Origin: Octopus sinensis
Lineage: Eukaryota
DNA: 64,000 bases
Direction of reading: 5' to 3'
NCBI RefSeq assembly: GCF_006345805.1
Contig: NC_042997.1
Span: 184,016,001 to 184,080,000 of the forward strand
The notes under the pieces are model-generated. The model ran no database searches. It was not told where the DNA came from and saw nothing but the letters and a program-made list of their open reading frames with translations. This document shows, piece after piece, positions 49,958 to 59,763 of the stretch. The stretch's first letter is position 1, and the number at the start of each line of letters is the position of its first letter. Both the position numbers and the translations under genes were made by a program.

Positions 49958-52900
49958 ATGCTTAAATTAGGTTTGTGAATGCGCGTGGCTTGGCGTCGGC
50001 TTGGAAGCAAGGTTACCTTCTAAACGACATCAAGTCACTGGACGTGGATATAGTAGCTATCAGCGAAACCAGACTCAGTAAGCCGCGGGCCCTCGAGTCC
50101 ATGTTTGGCAATCAATTTGACATTTATTTTTCTCCCTGTCTGCCGAACATGGGTGGTGGAGGTACTGCGGTGCTTTTTCGAAAGAGTCTAAAGGTAAAAG
50201 TAAGAGCAATATTCCTAGACCCGGAGGGTAGGCTGGTTGTCTTGGACGTGGATGGCAGAAATGGGTGTGCATTCCGTCTGATGGCAGTTTATGCACCGTC
50301 CTTAACGGGTCGGGCGGATTTCTTCAGACGTCTAGAGGTTTTCCTGGGTACGTCTAGACCTTTACTGTTAGTAGGGGATTGGAACGCTACCTTGGACACG
50401 CATCTAGATTATGTGGGAAGGGATAGGAATAGAAGGGGGTGTAAGAGCCTCAAAGACCTGCTCAGACGTTTCCATTTGTCTGACAGGTTCCGACTCGACC
50501 ATCCGAACGTGCCAACGTGGACTTGGACAAACCGCGTCGGATCGTCGAGATCTTATCTAGATAGAATTCTATGCAGGACAGCGGATAGGGATAGTGTAGG
50601 ATGTCCACAATTTAAAATAGTCAGCTACACAGATCACAAATTTGTTACGTGTACGCTCGACTTAGATAAAACACATAGGCAGGGTCCCGGTTACTGGAAA
50701 CTGAACACGTCGCTGTTAGCGCGACAGGTTTACAGGAACCGGATTAGCGAGTTAATTAAGAGGGCGCTGACGGGAGCGGTCGTTAACAACCGCTGGTGGT
50801 ACGCCCTGAAAATGGCAATAAAATCGGAATCAATTAGGTTTAGCAAGGAATTAGCGATAGAACGAAATAGAGTAGAGGGAGACTTAGTTAAGAAACTAGA
50901 AGAGGCACTTACCACTGGCAGCGCAACCAACGTGCTAGCTGCGAGGATGGCCCTCGACCAACACCTCAACGCCAAGCACGAAGGTTGCGTCGTCAGAGCT
51001 AAAATGCTTGCCTTAAGGAACGAAGGGATTGAAGCTGCGCGAGAGGCCCGGGTAGCGGAGGCGCAGCGTGGCAACAGATCAACCATTCGGTCTCTAATAG
51101 ATCAACAGGGATGCAGTTTACTCGAACCCGAAAGGATGTGTGAGGCCTTTCAACAGCACTTTGCTCGACTGTTTGGTGCGAGTGGTGGGTCGGAACGAGG
51201 GATGGATTTCAGTGCCTACCTGACCGACCTGCCGCGGCTCTCGGCAAGAGAGGCGGAGTGTTGTGAAAGTCCCATCACAGCCGCTGACGTGTGGGATGCG
51301 ATGGCGGGCTGCGCGAGGGATAAGTCGCCTGGATTGGATGGTTTACCCTACGAGCTGTATTGTCGAATGCCAGACTTGTTTGGCGAACTCTTGGCATCAG
51401 TCTACTGCAACTGGCAACAAAACGGGAGAATCCCCGGTTTCGTGAGCCGAGGTGCAGTGACGTTGCTGAAGAAAGACTCAAACAGGGGAATTTTATAGAT
51501 AATTTCAGGCCCATCACTCTGCTCAACGCAGATTTGAAAATTTTGGCCAAAGTAATAGCCGAGAGGTTGGCGCTTGTCATTGGTAAACTGGTCGACAGGG
51601 CGCAAACATGCGCCGTGCCGGGCAGAACCATACATGACAACCTCCATCTGATGCGCTACATTGTGGACAGGGTAGTTAAGGATCCTGGCATGGGTGGGGC
51701 GCTGATAAATTTGGATCAGTCTAAAGCCTTCGATAGGGTCGACCATCGGTACTTGGCGGCCGTCCTCAGGGCGGCTGGCTTCGGTCCCGTCTTCCGCGGT
51801 TGGATCGCTGCCTTGTATAGCGGCATCCGATCGGTGATTCGGGTAAACGGTCACCTGTCTAAACCGTTTGACATCACGCGTTCGGTCCGTCAGGGGTATC
51901 CCCTGTCGGCGCTTCTGTATGTATTGACTCTCGAGCCGCTACTGCGGAAGCTGGCGACACTGAGGGGCATCCCACGGGAACTGGGTTGCGGGACGAGCGT
52001 GTCGGCATATGCGGACGATGTCACCGTCATAGTGTCGAGCTACCAGCACATCGAGCTGGTTGGCGAGACACTAAGAAAATATGAAACGGTGACGGGAGCA
52101 AAGATTAACCCGGAAAAGTCAGTGGGTTTGCTACTCGGCACCTGGAGAAGCAAGCCCATGCCGTCCGACTGCGGCTCAGTAGTGGGACGCTGGACGGACG
52201 GACCGGTTAAATTGCTCGGGGTCTGGTTCAGTCCGGACCTCCAAATGGATAAAAACTGGGACGAGATCACGAGTAGAGTGGTCGCTCTCAGCCAAACATG
52301 GGCCGAGAGAAAGCTGTCTCTAAAAGGCCGGGCGGAGGTGGCGAACGCGTACATCGCATCCGTCATCGATTACCGCCTGACCGTCGTACCTTGTCCCGAC
52401 GCCACCATCACCAAACTGGAACGTATACTCTTCCGCTTCCTGTGGAAGGGTGGCGTTCCGATGGTGAGGAAGTCCATTTGCTGTCAACATCCGTTGAATG
52501 GAGGACTGGGCATGCCGTGGTTGATGATGCGCAGGCATGCGCTGAGACTGCGACATCTCTGGAAATTCATCGACGACGGTGAACAGGTGTGGGCGCCGTT
52601 TGTGAGGCGCGACTTCCCGCAGCTCGTCTCACTGACCGAACTGCAAACGTGGATCAAAAAGAGACCGAAACTGGGCGATTGGCACCGAGAGTGTCGCCAA
52701 GCTCTACAGCAGCTCTGCCGACCGGGGTCAAACTTGTGCAACTTCCAAACGACTAAAGCGTTCTATAGAGGACTAGTGGAGGGGAGGTCCGACGACACAC
52801 TCGGGGCAAACCTGGGCGTCGACGAGGAATTCCTAACCCGCCTGTTCAGGACGACGTTCGGGCCGGGGCCTATGGATAACTTCCAGAAATCCCTGGCTTG

Positions 52901-53396
52901 GCAGTGCTATCGAGACGCACTACCTGTTCGAGAGAAGAGCTACAGACACGGTTCGAAAACCATCACCGGACCGACCTGCCCGAGATGCGGTCAGAGCGAC
53001 GAAACCGTTCTGCACGCACTCGTGCAGTGTCCAGATATTTCAGAGCTGTGGTCCTTCGTCGAACAGCTGTTGTCACGTGTAGGTCAGGCTCGCCTATCGG
53101 CCGAGTCTATTGTGAGTATTGTTCCACCACCTTCCTTTAAACGGGAAGGGAAAACGGTTTTCGTTACGCTGATGGCTATGGCGAAAGAATGTGTGTGGTG
53201 GACGCGTTTGAAAGGACTGCAAACAAACACCTTCCTCTCTGGTCAGTCTCTCGTCAACTTTTTCAAGTACCACTTGAAAAGGAGGATGAGAATAGAGAGG
53301 AAGGCTTTGTCGAACGAATGTTTTAATAAAAAGTGGGTAAAAGTGGCAAAAATGGTCAGTATGAAAGACGACACTATTTTAAGCATAAATCTGTAA
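49958..53396 (+). CDS. Tx1/L1-like LINE ORF2 (APE endonuclease, RT, CCHC), two 1-nt frameshifts (~49973, ~51488)
   Basis: NARGL, SET, GDWN, SYLDRI, TDH; KSPGLDG; FRPITLLN; DQSKAFDRV; VRQGYPLS; AYADDV; CPRC..DETVLHALVQC. No in-frame stops. Confidence 0.93.
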
Positions 53397-53686
53397 CCAA
53401 AAGAGACAACGAGAAGTAAGGCGACTTACCCATGTGTTCTTTTTCGAATTGCCTGAGGTGACCTTGGTCTTTTTGTAGGTTTTTCTTTCCAAGACTACAC
53501 CTAAACTGTGAACCTTATATATATATATATATTGCTTTTTTATACACCACACAACCCACAGATCCCTATTGATCAAACGTTTTTTTTTTTTTTGCCCCAC
53601 CCATCCCACCTCGAAAAGAAAAAATTCTACATTGTATTTCGTCCATTTTTATTCTGTGTTTAGCCCTGTGTGGCTACAATAAAAAG

Positions 53687-53718
<32 letters not shown>

Positions 53719-53719
53719 G
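53397..53719 (+). mobile_element. Tx1 3'UTR ending AATAAA plus (TATC)n tail
   Basis: tgtgtttagccctgtgtggctacaataaaaagttatctatc... Confidence 0.85.
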
Positions 53720-53960
53720 TTAATGTGACATTATTGCCCGAGGTTACTGTGGTCTTTTCGTAGGTTTTTCTTTCCACAGATAAACCTCCCCATTTCTTGG
53801 GAACTTCTTTTTACCATTTTGACTTTTTTTTGCATACATCCCCAACGATTTCGATCCCTTTTGATCGTTGTCTTTTCTTTTTGCCGCCCCACTCGAAAGA
53901 AAAACTCTACATTCTAATTGTCTCCTCTGTGTCAAGCCCTGTGTGGCCAATAAAGAAAGT
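53720..53960 (+). mobile_element. Second, 5'-truncated Tx1-family 3'UTR inserted in the (TATC)n tail
   Basis: Homologous to 13945-14640 and flanked by TATCTATCTATG on both sides. Confidence 0.75.
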
Positions 53961-54003
53961 TATCTATCTATGAATGAATGTATGCAAGGTGTGCGCGCGC
54001 GCA

Positions 54004-54044
<41 letters not shown>

Positions 54045-55021
54045 TCATCTGCCGCTACGTTCTGAGTTCAAATTCTGCCAATGTCGACTTTGCTTTTCAT
54101 CCTTTCGTTCAGTTAGGCGCATAAATTAGTTTGATGGTTGTGCTCTGATTCGCTGTATGCAAATGAATTCATAACTGGGGTTCGGAACTCTCGTGGGAAA
54201 AAAATTCACTTCCTGGATGTCCTTTCAACGGCTTTATAGCGCATCGGCCAGTCTCACTGATATGAGGCCCTCGCTTACTGGATTGACTCATTTATTCGAT
54301 CTTAAGCATTTCAGGACCATAATGACAGCAATTTTTACGATAAAAACAGGAAGTATCGCTGTTGATCTTGCGTCACGTAACTAAACACTTTTAAACTTCG
54401 TATAAACTTTGCATAAAAGGAAAAGAATACATAATATCACATTTGAAACTAATTGGCCTTAATTTATATTTCCTATTTTATAATGGTAGTGTGTGTAAGA
54501 AAAATAATTGTCTGCTTTCTTCTAACAAATCAAGTTATTGTGTAATTGTACTTCATTTAACCTAGGTCACACGTAAGGATATTTTCATTGAATGCTCTTG
54601 CAACTGCTAAAAACTGCTAAAGACTAAACCAGCAAGTAAGAGTAGAGCCTGTGTGTGTTGTGCTTTATTATTTTCTTGTTTTTGTTGATGGGAAAAGGTG
54701 GTTTGTTCAATCAAAGAAACAGGAACAAACAGAACTACATGCATTGCACAAGAGAACGATACAATGACTTTTCAGATTTCTACTCACTCACGTGATTTAT
54801 AGAGCCCCCCCCCAACTACAGTTGTTGAAATTTAAGAAACAACACAGAGGAAATGAGGATGTTACTTACACCACCAAACCACCACTACCACCCGTTTTCA
54901 TTTGTCCTTACAAATAGGGTTATTAGTCAGATATATCATGACTGTTAGTATATAAACTTGTTTCTCTTGTGCTTTGCTGTTCATAAAAGTATTTGAGTAA
55001 AAGTTGTGTTTTATATGTTTC

Positions 55022-55441
55022 TTATTTCTTTATTGCCCACAAGGGGCTAAACATAGAGGGGACAAACAAGGACAGACAAAGGAATTAAATCGATTACATC
55101 GACCACAGTGCGTAACTGGTACTTATTTAATCGACCCCGACAGGATGAAAGGCAAAGTCGACCCCGGCGGAATTTGAACTCAGAACGTAGCGGCAGACGA
55201 AATACTTATTTCTTTACTACCCATAAGGGGCTAAACACAGAGGGGACAAACAAGGACAGACAAACGGATTAAGTCGATTACATTGACCCCAGTGCGTAAC
55301 TGGTACTTAATTTATCGACCTCGGAAAGGATGAAAAGCAAAGTCGACATTGGCAGAATTTGAACTCAGAACGTAGCGGCAGATGAAATACCGCAAAGCAT
55401 TTCGCCCGGCGTGCTAACGTTTCTGCCAGTTCGCCGCCTTA
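55022..55441 (-). mobile_element. SINE family B head-to-tail dimer
   Basis: Two bodies and one head; junction GCAGACGAAATAC|TTATTTCTTT at 55205/55206. Confidence 0.9.
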
Positions 55442-55701
55442 ATATATTTGTTTTATATATTTCTGTCTAGAAGTTCCATGTCCTAAAATCAGATTAGCAT
55501 ATAGGGATTCTAAACTACCTGTTTTTTGGAGGTAGAGTTTGTTTGGTGTTTGTTTATAAAATTTCTGCAAATTCTGTTCTAGATATATGCTAAAGTGGGG
55601 CTGATATAGGTGTGTATATATTATGTATAAAAATTGGAACAAAAAGATATAATTAAAAAAAAAAAAGTAAAGGGTTCTTTCTGTTTGCTTCTATACAAGT
55701 A

Positions 55702-56048
55702 CCGTAAATCCTCGAGTATAGTCCGCCCTTGAGTATAATACGCAGGGGATTTTTAGGGGGCTGTACCCCTGAAAAGCCTAAACTTTGTGTATAATACGCA
55801 CCTCTTCTCTAACTTGAGTCAAGGGGGTCTATATAACGTCCTTGGTTTGTAAAACTGTATACGGTAACGTCCTTTATTATTATTGTATGTAAGTGACTGT
55901 GTGGTAAGTAGCTTGCTAACCAACCATATGGTTCCGGGTTCAGTCCCACTGCGTGGCATCTTGGGCAAGTGTCTTCTGCTATAACCCCGGGCCGACCAAT
56001 GCCTTGTGAGTGGATTTGGTAGACGGAAACTGAAAGAAGCCTGTCGTA

Positions 56049-56093
<45 letters not shown>

Positions 56094-56488
56094 CTTTGTG
56101 TGTCTGTGTTTGTCACCCTAGCATTGCTTGACAACCGATGCTGGTGTGTTTACGTCCCCGTCACTTAGCGGTTCGGCAAAAGAGACCGATAGAATAAGTA
56201 CTGGGCTTACAAAGAATAAGTCCCGGGGTCGATTTGCTCGACTAAAGGCGATGCTCCAGCATGGCCGCTGTCAAATGACTGAAACAAGTAAAAGAGTATA
56301 TAACAATACAAACGTGTAGCTTTTTTGTGCATTTTGTTTGCAGAAAATAACAGTAATAACGTTTAATAAATGTTGCTTATTGCAAGTTATGGATGATTCT
56401 TTTATGACTTCATTGCTTTCAGGCTTAGCTTAAGGTATTTTCGCGCCCGACATCACAAAATGCGTTTGAATAAACATTGCCGGACAGC
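55702..56488 (+). mobile_element. Second copy of the pogo-like MITE: empty TTAA site, SINE-A insertion (55887-56296), 3' part replaced by a PLE
   Basis: Collinear with 33085-34505, with a single TTAA at 56430-56433. Confidence 0.88.
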
Positions 56489-56507
56489 ATACTAAGTCCG
56501 AAGTCAC

Positions 56508-57509
56508 TTCGGACTTAGTATAACTATAGACACTAACCTGACGGTTGTCAATTTCTTAGACGTTTCCTTAGATCTTAATAATAATATTTATAAGCCTTAT
56601 AGGAAGCCCAATGATAGACTAAGTTATATTAATGTAGGTTCATGCCATCCCCCTATAGTATTCAAAAATTTAGTTAAAAATATTAGTAAGAGGATTTCTA
56701 GCCTCTCATCTAATGAGGACATCTTCAATAGCGTTGCCCCAGTTTATAATAAAGCTTTAAAAGATAGTGGTTTTAGCGAAAAAATAAAATATACACCTAT
56801 CACCAGCCCAACAATAAGGAAAAGGAATAATAGAAATAGGAAGGTCATCTGGTTTACGCCCCCTTACTCACCCGAGGTGGCCTTCAATATAGGTAAATAT
56901 TTCCTAGCACTGATAGATAGACATTTTCCAGTTAACCATGCTTATAGGAAACTCTTCAATAGACACAATTTAAAAATTAGTTTTAGTTCAACTACCAATT
57001 TTAAAAACATAATCAATCATAACATACAAAAAACACAAGAAGAAAACAGCTGTTCATGCAGGAATAAAGAATTGTGCCCGCTAAATGGAGCTTGCATGTC
57101 CAAGACCATCATATATGAAGCTACCGTAAACTCTATAACCACTAAAGACACCGTTTCGACGAAGAAATACGTGGGCCTGACAGAGGGTAATTTCAAGGCC
57201 AGGTTCAATAACCACACTTTGAGCTTTAGGCACTGGAACAAAAGAAAAGCGACACAATTATCCAATCATATTTGGTCTTTAAGAGATAAAGGTGTCGATT
57301 ATAACATACAATGGAAGATTTTGGCCAGATGTAAGCCCTATACTAACGGCAGCGGAAGGTGCGGTTTATGCGACATGGAGAGATGGCTTATCTGGAAAAG
57401 CAGCTTAGACCCTACCACATGTCTAAATACAAGGACAGAGCTTTTCGGATCATGCCCACATGTGACTAAATTTCTGTTACGTTTTTGGTCCCCTAAAGAA
57501 AACGGATAG
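56508..57509 (+). CDS. 5'-truncated Penelope-like element ORF (RT thumb plus GIY-YIG endonuclease), stop-free for 333 codons
   Basis: VNFLDVSLDL; HPPIVFKNL; VIWFTPPYS; CSCRNKELCPLNGAC; IIYEA...YVGLT...FKARFNNH; CGLCDME; LNTRTEL. Confidence 0.9.
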   Translation, partial: FGLSITIDTNLTVVNFLDVSLDLNNNIYKPYRKPNDRLSYINVGSCHPPIVFKNLVKNISKRISSLSSNEDIFNSVAPVYNKALKDSGFSEKIKYTPITSPTIRKRNNRNRKVIWFTPPYSPEVAFNIGKYFLALIDRHFPVNHAYRKLFNRHNLKISFSSTTNFKNIINHNIQKTQEENSCSCRNKELCPLNGACMSKTIIYEATVNSITTKDTVSTKKYVGLTEGNFKARFNNHTLSFRHWNKRKATQLSNHIWSLRDKGVDYNIQWKILARCKPYTNGSGRCGLCDMERWLIWKSSLDPTTCLNTRTELFGSCPHVTKFLLRFWSPKENG

Positions 57510-57703
57510 AACATGCTTTCTGTGTTATGTCCCAAGAAGATTTTATATATTTTTATATATTTTTATATATTTTTATGTATTTTTATATAATTTTTATGAC
57601 GAAAAATGCGAGCGATGTATAAGTACGCAGGCAAAGCAGAGTTATAACAGAGTAATTTCCCTTCATTTTTAACGGTATTTTTTCATAACGTTTTCAAATA
57701 GCC

Positions 57704-57766
57704 AGATAACCGAAGAGATGGTGTTGTGGATTTCCACTTCGGCATCTGAAACTCAGAGTTTTATCT
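57704..57766 (+). ncRNA. Hammerhead ribozyme-like motif in the PLE 3' region, degenerate core
   Basis: AGATAA-CCGAAGA-GATG...CATC-T-GAAA-CTC-A-GAG-T-T-TTATCT: 6-bp stem I and palindromic stem III. Confidence 0.6.
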
Positions 57767-57864
57767 TGACTACCGAGTAATGTAACATATTGTATAGATA
57801 AATTTCCTCTATTTACATAATATTGAGGTCTCTTTCTTTCTTTTGTTATCTTACCGTTTTATCA

Positions 57865-57906
<42 letters not shown>

Positions 57907-58329
57907 ATGTCTGTGTATCTGTGTTTGTCCCCCCCCAACATCGCTCGACCACCGATGCTGGTGTGTTTACGTCCCTGTAACTTAGCGGTTCGACAAAAGA
58001 GACCGATAGAATAAGTACTAGGTTTCAAAGAATAAGTCCTGGGGGGCGGTTCTTTCGACTAAAAGGCGGTGTTCCAGCATGGCCACAGTCAAATGACTGA
58101 AACAAGTAAAAGAGTAAAGAGAGTATGAGATCAGATTTTTCCAATACTCTCTGAAATAGCAACGGTAGTTCTTCCAACATTTCATTCCACATACGGAAGT
58201 TTTACATTTTCAGATATAATGGCAATAAAGTCAAATTATTGTTCAGCGTAAAAATTCTCTTAAAAACGTCATTCACAAATGTGGAGCTGAAACAGACAAG
58301 TGCATACATCTCACAGAAGATATTCGTAT

Positions 58330-58850
58330 ATTTATTTTTTTATTACCCACAAGGGGCGAACAAAGAGGGGACAATACAACCTGATTTGGGGTCAGATTAA
58401 CGAATGATTTTACACAGAGGATGAAATAAAAAATTTGCACATAATTACACAATACAATAAAATCGGAAAAAATCGAATGATGAGACAGACCGAAAGACAT
58501 TACGGATGGACGGGGTGGGGTGGTTTAGCTCGGACTCCACGAGCCCCGCCTCGCCACTGATACCTGGGTTTCGTCCTATTTTGCATTTATGCGGTACCAT
58601 CCATACGCAACATCCGTGCTACATTCTTCCATCGATTTTCAAACACATTCTCAGTCAGGCATTTTCTCTCCAGCCCTATTTTTCTTTTCAGGTGGAAGAT
58701 GAAGTAATTCATCAATCCAGGGTCACAAATGAAATTGCCTGACTCTATACCTTCCAGCCTCGTCTTCCAAATCACCTCTCTCGCAATTGCAACTACAACT
58801 AGAAAACAATTCTTGGAGGAAATCCGGTGGGTCAATTTTTACAATAGACT
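58330..58850 (-). mobile_element. Tx1-like LINE 3' fragment (second subfamily) with 3'UTR
   Basis: FLVVVAIAREVIWKTRLEG...FHLKRKIGLERKCL...RW is homologous to the ORF2 end at 53150-53396. The UTR ends GTCCCCTCTTTGTTCGCCCCTTGTGGGTAATAAAAAAATA. Confidence 0.85.
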
Positions 58851-59763
58851 CAGTCGACAGCTGTACTCCACAGAAGGTATTCGTATATTATGGGCAATTA
58901 GCAGTTTTGTGCGGTCATACTTTATATCTATTTTACATTCTATTAGTTTTAGGTCATTAATTTTGGATTAATCATGTACAGGTCACATTCTTTTTTTTCT
59001 TTTTTTTTTCAAATTAATTATTGAATTTTATGATACTCAAAGTGGATCGCACGACAATTGATCTGTTAAAAGCGGTCGCAAGGACAGGACGTATTTTGCA
59101 TTCGAAGACACGTAGGTGTCATAAAACAGATGTGCATCATATTTTTGAGACGAAATGCATCACAAAAGCGCAAAAAAAAAATGAAATTAGATGCATAGAA
59201 ATAAAAAAAGTACACACACACACACATATAACGGTATAGGTGTGACTGTGTGGTAAGAAATTTGCTTCCCAACCAAAGGGTTTCGGGTTCAGTCCCACTG
59301 CATGGCACCCTGGGAAAATGTCTTCTACTATAGCTTCGGGTCGACCAAAGCCTTGTGAGTGGATTTGGTAGATAGAAATTGAAAGAAGGCCGTTGTGTGC
59401 GTGTGTGTGGTCTGCGTGTATGTGGTCTGTGTGTATGTCGTCTGCGTGTGTGTCGTCTGTGTGTGTGTCGTCTGTGTGTGTCCCCCACCACCGCTTGACA
59501 ATTGATGTTGGTATGTTTACATCACCGTAACTTAGCGCTTCGGCAAAAAACATCGATAGAATAAATATCAGACTTTAAAAATGAACACTAGGGTCCGGTT
59601 TTGACTAAAACCCCTTCATGGCAGTACTCCAGCATGGCCACAGTTCAAAGACTGAACAAAGGAAAGGATAAAAGATCATTATGACGTCCTAAAAGAGGCT
59701 GTTGTGGTGAAACTATCACAAAATACAAATTACAGTCACTGTATATATTTCCTATGGTTAATA

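Noticed and set aside
50075-53140. Several 70-150-aa antisense or alternative-frame ORFs within the Tx1 ORF2
   Set aside because: These are shadow ORFs expected in GC-rich coding sequence, with no motifs.
59021-59239. 72-aa ORF in non-repeat-looking sequence
   Set aside because: It has no recognisable domain or splice context and runs into a microsatellite.
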